Assembly (NCBI GenBank): GCA_050015375.1
Contig: JBEKBN010000001.1
Location: forward strand, 34,683 to 98,682
Reading direction: 5' to 3'
Source: Minisyncoccia bacterium
GTDB taxonomy: Bacteria; Patescibacteriota; Minisyncoccia; 2-02-FULL-40-12; IGHO2-01-FULL-4-A
DNA length: 64,000 nt
Shown here: positions 28,687 through 38,608 of the stretch, one piece after another
Numbering within the stretch: the stretch's first letter is position 1
Layout of the letters: the number at the start of each line of letters is the position of its first letter
Translations under genes and position numbers: made by a program
The notes under the pieces: generated by a model
What the model was told of the DNA's origin: nothing
The model's database searches: none
Seen by the model: only the letters and a program-made list of their open reading frames with translations

Positions 28687-29358
28687 ATGGGGTGTGTTCC
28701 TTGGACAATAAAAGAGGTGAATTTTCTCCGCCGTCTTGTTAATAGCCAGAAATTAAGCTCCGGTAAAATTTATCGCAATTGTTATTTCGTCGGCAGGAGT
28801 CTCGCGTCGATAAACAGCCAAATGTCTTGTCTTGGCTTGAGCAGTCTGGCCACGAAAGGGCGAATGAAAAATAGCTGGCGGCTGAGCAAAGAGGAAAAGG
28901 AAAAACTCTCTGTTTTTTTAAATGGTGAAGGAAGGCACATGCCGAACAGCGATGTTGCCAAAATTCTCGAGACCAGCGTCCGGAATGTCAGAAGATATCG
29001 CCGCCGGTGGAAGTTAAAACTTAACCCCAAAGAATCCTTCTCCTCGAAAATATTCAAGCGAACGCACAAAAGGTCTATCGTGGCATTAAAGAATGGCTAC
29101 GCCGATTATCGCGAGAGACGCCCAATGAGGCGCCGGGCCGAATTGGTTGAACTATTCCGACAATTGGCCGAATCTCGTTGTAAAATTCCACACCGGAAAT
29201 GCAAGGATTGCGGCGAGTGGTGGTTTGACTCGGAAATATTTTTTTATCACGCGAGAATCATGGCAAATAACAAACTCCGCTTGTCGAATCATTGCAAGGC
29301 CTGCGGATTTCCATGGATAAACAAGAAGAGAGCCAAAGCAAAAAAAGTTGCCGCCTGA
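28687..29358 (+). CDS. Basic HTH protein with C-terminal CxxC...CxxC zinc finger
   Basis: AAGGAGG RBS; NSDVAKILETSVRNVRRYR; CKDC, CKAC. Confidence 0.6.
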   Translation: MGCVPWTIKEVNFLRRLVNSQKLSSGKIYRNCYFVGRSLASINSQMSCLGLSSLATKGRMKNSWRLSKEEKEKLSVFLNGEGRHMPNSDVAKILETSVRNVRRYRRRWKLKLNPKESFSSKIFKRTHKRSIVALKNGYADYRERRPMRRRAELVELFRQLAESRCKIPHRKCKDCGEWWFDSEIFFYHARIMANNKLRLSNHCKACGFPWINKKRAKAKKVAA

Positions 29359-29459
29359 TATTCTTGACAAAGCTGGGCTCAAAACCCGGTTTTTTAATAC
29401 GAAAAAACGGGATTGATTTTGGGTCAATCCCGTTGGGGTTGAATGTCCTAGCGGTCTCT

Positions 29460-30380
29460 TTATTTTTTGAGCCGATATTTATTTGCATCGATATACAACG
29501 TAAAACCCCAGGCGTAGCGGCGCGTGCTCAAGTCGACAATAACATCCTGCATTCCCGGCTCCATTGTCAATCTGGGGCGCGAAGTGCTGGCAAAAACCAA
29601 GATACCGAATAAAGGCTCTCCGATCTTGACGCCAACATACGGCTGGGAAAAACTCATCGTGGCCAGCGGAAATGTTTTGTAGGGTTGTATTGCCGCCCAC
29701 CGGTCGTAGCCGTTTTCAATCCGCAGTTTGGTTTTGTCGTTGGTGTAACCGCCGAGAATAGCGAAATACTTTTGGATGCGAAGTTCCAATTCACCGGCCG
29801 GCCGCACGGACCAAAAGGAACTATTTTGAATAGAGTAATACACCAAGCTCATGCCAACACCGGCTTCGGGCGTTCCATATTGGTTCACCTCGCGCGAACT
29901 GCCATCGTTGCCGTTGCCAGTTTCCATTTTATCGCGAAAAACAAAATGAATGTTTAGCCCGCCGCGAATCACCAGTCGGCTGAATAGGGTATATTGAGGC
30001 ATGAGAGCAAAACCAAGACTCGCAACCTGGCGAATATTGATGGGAGAATCGGAAACGATCCTAGGCGTGCCCGGAGGCATGATCCAGCCGTCATCCGGAT
30101 GGGACGGAATCGTTCTTGCTTGCAAAGGAAAATTGGAAAATATCCCCAGCCGCTGGCCGGAAGTGAACAGCATGGGCCTCACCTCCAAGCCGAAACCAAA
30201 TGGTTTGTCGTAATCATGCTTGTCAGTTTCATCCTGGTCCGGATCCTGGGCGTCTTGTTTCGGTTTGTCCGGTTGCGCTTGCTGACCCTTACTTTCTGGC
30301 TGTCGGGTTTGGGTTGTTTGGGTTTGGGCGAAACAATACCCGGAAAACAACAGAAAAACGGCGACTATCTTCGAAATCAT
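29460..30380 (-). CDS. Secreted beta-rich protein (outer-membrane-barrel-like)
   Basis: Signal peptide MISKIVAVFLLFSGYCFA; alternating aromatic/Gly strands. Confidence 0.6.
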   Translation of the reverse strand: MISKIVAVFLLFSGYCFAQTQTTQTRQPESKGQQAQPDKPKQDAQDPDQDETDKHDYDKPFGFGLEVRPMLFTSGQRLGIFSNFPLQARTIPSHPDDGWIMPPGTPRIVSDSPINIRQVASLGFALMPQYTLFSRLVIRGGLNIHFVFRDKMETGNGNDGSSREVNQYGTPEAGVGMSLVYYSIQNSSFWSVRPAGELELRIQKYFAILGGYTNDKTKLRIENGYDRWAAIQPYKTFPLATMSFSQPYVGVKIGEPLFGILVFASTSRPRLTMEPGMQDVIVDLSTRRYAWGFTLYIDANKYRLKK

Positions 30381-30535
30381 GGTGAACCTCTCTTTCCATT
30401 CGTTCCTGATTTTCAAGGAACTCGCTAGCGCTAAAATACCGCGCAACCGGCAGATAGTCAATGCCGGTTAATTGTTCCCGTGGCCTGATGATTTTGGCAG
30501 CCGGATATGTTAAAATATATTCAGTCAACAAACTT

Positions 30536-30826
30536 ATGAAAAGAACTATCTACGTTTTCTTGGTGATGGTTTTGGGGCTGATTTTGAGTTTTATCGCTCA
30601 CGCGCTGATCGAGACGGCGCATATCAATTCTGCCATCGCCGGAGGGATCGTTTTGGTCAATCAGGGAATTTTCGGCAGTTATTGCGTCTTGCCGGTTTGG
30701 CTCCAGATTTTGTTGCCTCTCGCCGGAATCATCGGCGGATTTTTCATGGGCAAAACCTGGTGGCGAATGGTCTACATCCAAAAACGCCATTTCTGGCGCC
30801 GGAAAAATCTGAAAACCCATTTTTGA
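30536..30826 (+). CDS. Small membrane protein
   Basis: 2 TMs; WWRMVYI end. Confidence 0.6.
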   Translation: MKRTIYVFLVMVLGLILSFIAHALIETAHINSAIAGGIVLVNQGIFGSYCVLPVWLQILLPLAGIIGGFFMGKTWWRMVYIQKRHFWRRKNLKTHF

Positions 30827-30892
30827 TGTCAACCTTCGCCATTGTTTCGCTTGGCGGCAACATTGTATAATAGGTTAGCGAGCTATTTTTTT

Positions 30893-31642
30893 ATGCCTGA
30901 TATTCCACCTCCAACTCCGCCCATTGCCCCGACTCCGTCGGTTTTAGAACCGAAAATCTCGGAACCCAAGATACCCCATTCACCCAAAGTCACTCTGTTG
31001 ACGATTCTTGTTGTAATTTTAACCGCGCTTGTTAGTGGTGGTGCCGTTTATTTGTGGGAGCAAAAACAGATCGCCGGGTTGCAGGAAAACAATCAAATTT
31101 CGCAGGATAATACCTTGCAGAATCACCCTAATCTTAGCCAAAACAATTCCCAAAATACAGAAAGATATTCTGACGTCGGCGTTCCTCTCGCGGGGACATT
31201 CTCATATCCGTACCAAGTCCAATGGATGAACACAACCGCTTCCTTTGCTTTGACCGGCGTTACCCTTGGGGACATAAAAATTTCAGGCGATTACGGATAT
31301 TATGATACCTCGGGTGTTATAAAAAATGGCAGTGTCATCCATGCCCTGGTCCTTATTTTCAAGATTGGCACAGGAAATTCTAATCTGTGTGTTGATTCGC
31401 CAATGAGATATATCGACTCGAATGGAAATCCATTCCCGCCGATAACGGGCCAATATATGTCTGGTGCCGGCGACTGTTCCGCGAACACGACTTATACGAA
31501 CCAAAAAGTAATTTTTGAAGTTCCAAGCGATGAGAAGACATTCAAAATTACCACTGGCGCGTCGCCAAGTTATTTCTTCACCGTCAATTTCAAAGATGAT
31601 GGAAGCGTCGAGTTAACAAATGTGAAATTACCGAGCATTTAG
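30893..31642 (+). CDS. Single-pass membrane protein with extracellular beta domain
   Basis: Pro-rich N-terminus, TM, beta-rich C-domain. Confidence 0.6.
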   Translation: MPDIPPPTPPIAPTPSVLEPKISEPKIPHSPKVTLLTILVVILTALVSGGAVYLWEQKQIAGLQENNQISQDNTLQNHPNLSQNNSQNTERYSDVGVPLAGTFSYPYQVQWMNTTASFALTGVTLGDIKISGDYGYYDTSGVIKNGSVIHALVLIFKIGTGNSNLCVDSPMRYIDSNGNPFPPITGQYMSGAGDCSANTTYTNQKVIFEVPSDEKTFKITTGASPSYFFTVNFKDDGSVELTNVKLPSI

Positions 31643-31694
31643 TTGACGCCTTTGAAATTATTCTAAGCTAACCCGATCGAGCAATCGGCCTTTT

Positions 31695-32264
31695 TTATTT
31701 GCAGGGAGCGTGGAGAGTTTTACTAGGAAATGCCGCCAAGGCATCGTTTAGATTTGAATATGACAAAGGATTGACCAAAGATTTCCAATTGTTGTCGGTA
31801 TCGCAATAAATGTATTTTGAACGGGGATAGGCCAACTGACTAGTGTAGTAAATATGGCTACCGGGCGCAGGTGTCAAAGTCAGCGTTGGCGTTGGCGAGA
31901 ACGTGGCCAGAGGGATTGCTGTCGGGGCTGGGGTGGCCGTGGTCGGGACGGGAGCGGCGGAGACGAGCATAGAGGTGATTGGCGTCGTCGTCGTCTCATC
32001 AGCGCCGGCGATAGAAGACGGAATCGGCGTCGGGGAGATGGTGGAAACGGGGGAAGCGGGCGCGGCGGTAGCCGCGCCCGCGGTATTTTTCCTGACCGTT
32101 TTTGGCGTGGCAGTCGGCGAGAGTTGTATTTCTTGCGTTTTCTGCGCCGAAGCCAATATCGCCGCCATTTCATCAGCCGGATTTTTCGGCGAACCTAATT
32201 TATCTACGGCGAGTATCGCGCCCAGAGTGACGGCGAAACTGATTGCGGCAACGAGTAATCTCAT
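31695..32264 (-). CDS. Membrane-anchored Pro/Thr-rich protein
   Basis: N-terminal TM, PT linker, 2-Cys C-domain; overlaps the ruvB stop. Confidence 0.6.
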   Translation of the reverse strand: MRLLVAAISFAVTLGAILAVDKLGSPKNPADEMAAILASAQKTQEIQLSPTATPKTVRKNTAGAATAAPASPVSTISPTPIPSSIAGADETTTTPITSMLVSAAPVPTTATPAPTAIPLATFSPTPTLTLTPAPGSHIYYTSQLAYPRSKYIYCDTDNNWKSLVNPLSYSNLNDALAAFPSKTLHAPCK

Positions 32265-33286
32265 ATGAACGATTCCTGTGTTTCTTTCCCTTTCAATCCC
32301 AGATGTTTAATAGCCAGATCGGTTATCATCCTTCCTCGTGATGTCCGGGCAATGAAACCCAATCGCATCAGATACGGTTCGTAGACATCCTCGATCGTGT
32401 CTTCTTCTTCGGCAATGGCGGCGGCAATAGATTTGAGCCCCACCGGTCCGCCTTTGAAATTTTTGGAAATAACAGTCAAAATTTTTCGGTCGGTGTCTTC
32501 AAGACCTATATTGTCAATGCCAAGAAGCGTCAATGCCTCGGTGGCCAAAGCCGGCGTCAGGATGTCGGAGTTCTTGACTTGAGCGTAATCGCGGACCCGT
32601 TTCAATAAACGATTGGCGATCCTGGGCGTGAAGCGTGAAGAAGCGGCGATCTTGGCGAGAGCGTCAGGCGCGGCTTTGATCTTCAAAAGTTTTGCCGAAC
32701 GGGTCAGGATTTTCTCGATCTCATGCTGATTATAGAAATCCAGTTTGTAATGAACGCCAAAACGGGAACGAAAAGGGTTGGATAGTAGTGAAATTCTGGT
32801 GGTGGCGGCGATGAGCGTGAACCGCGGCAAGCTGACCTGAAGAGTTTTAGCCGAAGCGCCCTTGCCGATGATGATGTCGAGATTGTAATTTTCCATTGCC
32901 GGATAAAGCGTCTCTTCGACGGTTTTGTTCAAGCGATGGACTTCGTCAATGAAAAGAAAATCGCCGTCGGAAAGCCCGGTCAAGATCGAGCCAATGTCGC
33001 CGGCTTTCTCCAGCGCCGCGCCCGATGTGATGCGAATGCCGGCGCCAAATTCCTTGGCGATGATATAGGCGAGGGTGGTTTTGCCAAGACCCGATGGGCC
33101 GTGGATGAGAATATGTTCGAGGGGTTCTTTTCTTTTTTTGGCGGCGGCGACAAGAATTGCCAGATTTTCTTTGACATTCTCCTGGCCGATATATTCGCCG
33201 AAAGTTGACGGTCGCAAAGCCAGATCGAGGTTCTTTTCGTCATTCTCCGCAATTTCGGGCACCTTATTAAGATTATTTTTCGTCAT
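32261..33286 (-). CDS. ruvB: Holliday junction branch migration helicase RuvB
   Basis: LRPSTFGEYIGQ, GPSGLGKTT, FIDEVHRL, YEPYL. Confidence 0.98.
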   Translation of the reverse strand: MTKNNLNKVPEIAENDEKNLDLALRPSTFGEYIGQENVKENLAILVAAAKKRKEPLEHILIHGPSGLGKTTLAYIIAKEFGAGIRITSGAALEKAGDIGSILTGLSDGDFLFIDEVHRLNKTVEETLYPAMENYNLDIIIGKGASAKTLQVSLPRFTLIAATTRISLLSNPFRSRFGVHYKLDFYNQHEIEKILTRSAKLLKIKAAPDALAKIAASSRFTPRIANRLLKRVRDYAQVKNSDILTPALATEALTLLGIDNIGLEDTDRKILTVISKNFKGGPVGLKSIAAAIAEEEDTIEDVYEPYLMRLGFIARTSRGRMITDLAIKHLGLKGKETQESFI

Positions 33287-33301
33287 ATATGTTGAGGCTT
33301 G

Positions 33302-33439
33302 CCCCTCACCCAGAAAGCATTAGTTCTGTACTTCGCAAGTCCTATTAGACCAGCCCCATTTACATAATCGGATGCTATGCGAATGGCTTTTTCAATCAGC
33401 AGAACCAATGTGGCTTGCAGATGCTTTCTGGGTGAGGGG
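33302..33439. repeat. CCCCTCAC-family element, 138 bp, with 19-bp perfect terminal IR
   Basis: CCCCTCACCCAGAAAGCAT / ATGCTTTCTGGGTGAGGGG. Confidence 0.7.
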
Positions 33440-33468
33440 TTGACACGCCACCCATATTAAGCTAAAAT
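33440..33468 (+). promoter_or_regulatory. Consensus sigma70 promoter with no downstream ORF
   Basis: TTGACA-17 nt-TAAAAT. Confidence 0.65.
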
Positions 33469-33470
33469 TA

Positions 33471-33693
33471 GGTAGACAAGTTAATTCCCAATAAGGGATT
33501 TTTAATTTACGCGAAGCTACCCAAAACCCTTGTAATCTGCAGGCAACTGAGGTCTTTTGATTCAACACCAAGCGGTCTCAATCGGAGTTTTTTCGCAGAT
33601 GGGCAATCTGGTTCCGACTGGATTAAACCTCGGTATTACTCTGCCCCGGGCTTCCTAGAAGTTCGGGAATTGCCTGCAGATTAGAAGGGTTTT
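33471..33693 (+). ncRNA. Candidate structured non-coding RNA
   Basis: Downstream of a strong promoter; 24-nt closing stem 33523-33546/33670-33693; inner hairpins with G-U pairs on the + strand. Confidence 0.4.
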
Positions 33694-33708
33694 CCCTTGC
33701 CAAAAAAC

Positions 33709-35376
33709 TCACTGGCCAATAACCCTCATCACTTCCTCGATAGTGGTTTTGCCTTCGATAGCTTTGAGCAATCCGTCCTGAAGCAAAGTAATCATACCCT
33801 TAGCCACAGCCATTTCTCTAACATCGGAAATTGCCGGTGATCTCTGGATCAATTTCTCCAATTCTGGATCAATTTCAAATAATTCATAAACCCCGACCCG
33901 GCCGGAATAGCCGGTGGAATTGCAAGCCGCGCATTTGTCCGGATAAACGACCTCCGACTTCTCGTTGAAATTTTTCAAACGTTCATTGCCGTTTTTGGCG
34001 AACGCTTTTTTGATGATCTCAAAATCCTCTGGTTTTATTTTTTGTTTTTTGCCGCATTTTGGGCAAGGCCGGCGGACAAGACGCTGGGCCATGACGGCAT
34101 TGATGGCCGGAGCGATGGTGATGGGCTTGACCCCAAAGTCAATCAAGCGGGGGATAGCGCCGGCGGCGTCGTTGGTGTGAAGGGTCGAGAAAACCAAATG
34201 CCCGGTCAACGCCGCTTGCATGGCGATCTCGGCGGTCTCGACATCGCGGATCTCACCGACGAGAATGACGTCCGGGTCTTGGCGGACGATGGAACGGAGG
34301 CCGCTGGCGAAAGTATAACCGGCATCGGGTTCGACTTGGGTTTGGGCGATGCCTTCGATGTGATATTCAACCGGATCTTCAATGGTGATTATCTTGATGT
34401 CGGGATTGTTGATGTGTTTGATGAAAGCGTAAAGTGTCGTCGTCTTGCCTGAACCGGTCGGTCCGGTGGTCAGGATCGCGCCGGTGGTTTTGTCGAGTAA
34501 TTTTCTGATGATTTCCAAGGTGTCAGGACGCATGCCGAGATCTTCAAGTTTTTGTTTGATGGTCAACGGGTCGAGAATACGCATGACGATATCCTCGCCG
34601 TAACTTCCCGGCAGGATCGAAACCCGGACCTCGATGTCGTTGTCTTTTTCTCTGATTGTGAATCGGCCATCCTGAGGTGACTCGTGAATGTTTATTTTGA
34701 GACCCGACATCAATTTTATTCTTGAAAGCAATTGGCCGTAACCGTCGGGCGAAAAATTGACGACATCGTTCAAAACGCCGTCCAGCCGGTAGCGGAGGCG
34801 GATGGTTTTTTCCTCGGGTTCGAAATGAATATCGGAAGCCCCGATCTTCAAAGCGCCGGCGATGAGAATGTTGAGAACCTTGGTCACCGGCATGCTGGTC
34901 AGTTTGTCCTTGAGGTCGCTGATATTTTTGATCTCTTTTTCAATGCCCAAAATCCCGGTGTCTCCGATAGAAATGATATTGAGAGATTCTTGTGCCCCTC
35001 TCAAGGTGTAACGCTTCCAAGCCAAAGCCAAGCTGGTCTCAGAGACAACGGCCAGATCACAAATAAAACCGGCTGCCGCCAGTTTTGAGAGGGCTTCTTT
35101 GGTTTTGGGATTTTCCGGGTCAAGAACCGCCACTTTGAGCTTGCGGCCGGTCTTAGTGATGACGGCGAGTTGGCCGGCGTGGGCGTCGCTTTCGTCCAAA
35201 ACCGACAAAGCGTCTGAATCAATAGGGAAGGCCTTCAAATTGAGATAGGGAAGGCCGGTTTTTTTGGATAATTCCTTTGATTCGTCCTCAAATTGCTGGA
35301 GTTTCATCGCCTCCATCTTCTCATTGAGCTTTTTTTCGAGGTCGGAACTTGAATTGTTCGTGGTCTGTGGTGGCAT
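33709..35376 (-). CDS. pilB: Type IV pilus/T2SS assembly ATPase (PilB/GspE)
   Basis: GASDIHFEP, TGPTGSGKTTT, RQDPDVILVGEIRD, Zn-binding Cys pairs. Confidence 0.92.
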   Translation of the reverse strand: MPPQTTNNSSSDLEKKLNEKMEAMKLQQFEDESKELSKKTGLPYLNLKAFPIDSDALSVLDESDAHAGQLAVITKTGRKLKVAVLDPENPKTKEALSKLAAAGFICDLAVVSETSLALAWKRYTLRGAQESLNIISIGDTGILGIEKEIKNISDLKDKLTSMPVTKVLNILIAGALKIGASDIHFEPEEKTIRLRYRLDGVLNDVVNFSPDGYGQLLSRIKLMSGLKINIHESPQDGRFTIREKDNDIEVRVSILPGSYGEDIVMRILDPLTIKQKLEDLGMRPDTLEIIRKLLDKTTGAILTTGPTGSGKTTTLYAFIKHINNPDIKIITIEDPVEYHIEGIAQTQVEPDAGYTFASGLRSIVRQDPDVILVGEIRDVETAEIAMQAALTGHLVFSTLHTNDAAGAIPRLIDFGVKPITIAPAINAVMAQRLVRRPCPKCGKKQKIKPEDFEIIKKAFAKNGNERLKNFNEKSEVVYPDKCAACNSTGYSGRVGVYELFEIDPELEKLIQRSPAISDVREMAVAKGMITLLQDGLLKAIEGKTTIEEVMRVIGQ

Positions 35377-35423
35377 GTACTAATTTTAACACTCAAAAGG
35401 TCTAATTTCTAAAAACTTATTCA

Positions 35424-35491
35424 CCCCGGTTAGAAGTCGGAAGTTTTTGACTTCCGCCGGCTCGCGTTAGCGAGCCGGACTTCTAACGGGG
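35424..35491. mobile_element. CCCGTTAGA-family element with two internal hairpins and TTCA duplication
   Basis: CCCCGGTTAGAAGTC...GACTTCTAACGGGG; TTCA on both sides. Confidence 0.75.
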
Positions 35492-35558
35492 TTCACCTTA
35501 TTGACTTCGGTTTAGCAGTAATCACCCGCCCCGTCCAGAAAATTATCCACAGTCGGGA

Positions 35559-35829
35559 TTGGCCTCCGACGAATTCGCATCCCCTCAGCCTTTTCTCGAG
35601 ACGCTTCGACTCTATGCGCCCAGCGGGCGCCTCATTGTCCTCCGCGTTTACGCTCCGGACAATCAAGGACGTCTCTCGCTTATCGTCGAATCCGTCCTCG
35701 TCCCTCCGCAGGCCTGCGGAGGGACACCTTGCTCGGACGTGAAAAACTTTGATTACAAGGATTTTTCACTGCGTCTTCGACGGTACTCGAGAAAAGGCCA
35801 AAGGGACGCCGATTTACATTCGGAGCCAA
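35559..35829 (+). ncRNA. Unrecognised ~270-nt structured element, copy 1
   Basis: Conserved blocks and covarying stems shared with 53428-53690 (inverted). Confidence 0.6.
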
Positions 35830-35898
35830 GCCCGACTTCTTCATGGAGGTTATTGGTTCTTTCAAAATTGGCTTGAGAGATATAGAATCGAAACATAG

Positions 35899-36466
35899 TA
35901 TGAGTATCCCAAAAAAATCGGCAATTGTTATAGTGGTGGTTTTGGCAGTTGGCGTTGGTTTGTGGGCGAGAAGGGCCAATGAAAACGAAATTGCTGCAAA
36001 ATTGGCGAGTGAGGAAACAGCGAATATCATTGCCACTCAAAACACGCCGGAGATTACACCGGAAGGAACATTGGCAAAAGTAATTCGGGTCATTGATGGC
36101 GATACGATCGTCATCGAAGGCGGGGAGCGCGTCAGATATATCGGCATGGACGCGCCCGAAACCGTTGACCCGAAAAAACCGGTTCAATGTTTCGGCCCGG
36201 AAGCTTCAGCTGAAAACAAATTGCTGGTCGAAGGCAAAACCGTCCGTCTGGAAAAAGATGTTTCTGACAAAGATATATATGGCCGCCTCTTGCGATATGT
36301 TTGGTTGGACGGTACCAACATTGACCTTGAATTGGTGCAACTTGGTTTTGCCTTCTCCGACCCTTTTCCACCAAACACAAAATACAAAAATCAAATTCTT
36401 CAAGCCGAACAATCCGCCCGCTCCGCTCATCTTGGTCTCTGGTCCGCCTGCCCGCCAAGGGATTAA
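35899..36466 (+). CDS. Thermonuclease (SNase) family protein
   Basis: VIRVIDGDT, RVRYIGMDAPE, DIYGRLLRYV, GLWSAC. Confidence 0.93.
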
Positions 36467-36589
36467 CTAGTGATACGGGTCATTTCCGCCATCTGATCAA
36501 CTAAATGATATCAGCCAGATTGATTTTTACCCCAAAAAGTGAAATGATTTGGTTGATGAGTCCACGGATAAACCCGAAACTATTTGTAT

Positions 36590-37276
36590 ATGAATCTGCA
36601 GGAATTGAAACAATTGAAATTTAAGAATTTGGGAATTAGCCGAGAAAAATTCGGAAAAATTTATAGTTTCGTTGATTTTGGGAATGTTAATTATTGGTTT
36701 CATAGAGACAAAATTGGTCCCGATGCCGCGCCGCTTACCAATAATCAGCGGTTAATTGTCGATTTGGAAAAACTTTCCGAATTCTTATCGTTTTTTTCGG
36801 AGCAAAAGCGTTTTTATTACGGCTGGCACAGACGGCTTTCGCGATCACAACACATAATTATTAAAGCCGAAAAAGTTGGTTTTATTAAAATTACCAAGCC
36901 CATCCAATATATCAAACATTATATTTATGAGGAGAATGAATTTAACGGTGAAAAATCACGAATTCTGAAAGATACTCTCGGCGCAGAATATATTGAAATT
37001 CCAAAAAGCAATTTCGATGTTGAAATTACGCTAGACGCACTCCGACTGAAGAATGAATATGATACCCTCTGCCTTTTTTCTGGCGATAGCGATTTTGTCA
37101 GGTTAGTCCAATTTTTGGTAAAGGAAGAGAAACAAGTTATTATTGTAGCTTCGGGCCAGGTCTACTATGCGTTAAAAAAGTCGGCCAGCTTGTATATAAA
37201 CGCGCAACAGATTAAATCGTTTATTGTTTCAACAAAAGAAATCACGCCCCATAAGGGGCGCGATTTGGATATCTGA
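36590..37276 (+). CDS. NYN domain protein (LabA/DUF88)
   Basis: FVDFGNV, KSNFDVEI, LFSGDSDF. Confidence 0.88.
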   Translation: MNLQELKQLKFKNLGISREKFGKIYSFVDFGNVNYWFHRDKIGPDAAPLTNNQRLIVDLEKLSEFLSFFSEQKRFYYGWHRRLSRSQHIIIKAEKVGFIKITKPIQYIKHYIYEENEFNGEKSRILKDTLGAEYIEIPKSNFDVEITLDALRLKNEYDTLCLFSGDSDFVRLVQFLVKEEKQVIIVASGQVYYALKKSASLYINAQQIKSFIVSTKEITPHKGRDLDI

Positions 37277-37412
37277 TCCGCATCCGCGGACAGGGTAGTT
37301 TTCACTACAAACCCATTCTACCACAGCGTTTGTGAAGAAAGCAAGAATTGTCCACAAGTCACAAGAATGAGTATCCTTGAAACTATTAGCTAATCAGCGT
37401 AAAAATTAAAAC

Positions 37413-38504
37413 ATGAATAACCCAACACCTTTTCAGCTAGAGTACCCATTAAGTCAAAGAAGAAAGTTTTGGAAAAAGCTCATTTCACGAACCATGTTTT
37501 TTATTGCCTTGTTTATTTTTATGGTGATTTTTTTGGGAGTTTTTGTAGCGATTGAAAGCAATTACGGAGGCCTCCTCGTGATAATTCCGATTTATCTGGT
37601 CGGAGTTTTAATTTTTGTCTTTCTCCCTTATTCAATTTATCTCGGGGCATACATAAAAAGATATTACTATGATGTTGGCGATAATTTTATCAGTATTCAA
37701 AAAGGGGTTTTTGGTCCGACAGAAATTCATGTACAATATCCTAAAATTCAAGATGTCTATGTTGATCAGGATATTTTTGATAGGATTTTTAGGATTTACG
37801 ATGTCCATATTGCTAGCGCAACGGCAACATCAGGAATAGAAGCCCACATTGATGGAGTGAATGCCGAAACCGCTGAAGTTTTGAAAAATATGATTCTTGG
37901 CAGGATTCAGGGATTTTCCGAACAGAGTGGAAATAGCCAACCGACCCAATCACAAGCGTCAGAACCTCGGGTCTTCACATTTGATAATAAAATATCCTCG
38001 GAAACTTACCCAATAAGCTCAGGTTGGTTGGTTTCTAAAATACCTGGAATTATCCTTGTTTCTGCCGTATATACTTATATTCTTTTTATTTTTTTAAATG
38101 CGTTTAAATTTAATTCCTTAGCCCTAGTTATTTTTGTTTTCTTGGTTTGTTTTGCTTTCAATTTTTTTTGGAAGTTAATTTGGAAATCGAAATATTATTT
38201 TGAATTTATGCCGGAATATATTTTGCAAAGAACTGGCATTATATCTAGACAGGAAAAACATCTACCCTATAGATCAATCCAAAATGTTACCATAAACCAA
38301 AGCTGGCTGGATAGGCTGTTAAATATCAGCAACATCAATATTGAAAATGCGGCTCAAATCACAGTCGGTTCCGGAAGAAACAGAAGAGTCATGAATGAGG
38401 GAGTGGTCGTTCCCGGATTATCAAATGATTTGGCCCAGTCTTTGTTGAGGGTAGCGAACGATGTTTCTTTGTCCAAATCAAATCCGTCTCAGATGGGGCT
38501 ATAA
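37413..38504 (+). CDS. Membrane protein with two bacterial PH (bPH_2) domains
   Basis: KIQDVYVDQDIFDRIF and SIQNVTINQSWLDRLL repeats. Confidence 0.8.
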   Translation: MNNPTPFQLEYPLSQRRKFWKKLISRTMFFIALFIFMVIFLGVFVAIESNYGGLLVIIPIYLVGVLIFVFLPYSIYLGAYIKRYYYDVGDNFISIQKGVFGPTEIHVQYPKIQDVYVDQDIFDRIFRIYDVHIASATATSGIEAHIDGVNAETAEVLKNMILGRIQGFSEQSGNSQPTQSQASEPRVFTFDNKISSETYPISSGWLVSKIPGIILVSAVYTYILFIFLNAFKFNSLALVIFVFLVCFAFNFFWKLIWKSKYYFEFMPEYILQRTGIISRQEKHLPYRSIQNVTINQSWLDRLLNISNINIENAAQITVGSGRNRRVMNEGVVVPGLSNDLAQSLLRVANDVSLSKSNPSQMGL

Positions 38505-38608
38505 CTGAAGATCTGTTGACTTAATTTTTCGCTTTTGCTATACTTGAATTTCAAGGTTGAATGCTTTTATGTCCGCTAGATAAGCGGGCATTTCTGTAAT
38601 ATAACAAA

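Noticed and set aside
35559-36036. 105- and 118-aa ORFs over the structured element
   Set aside because: Frames are not conserved in the second copy; conservation follows base-pairing, not codons
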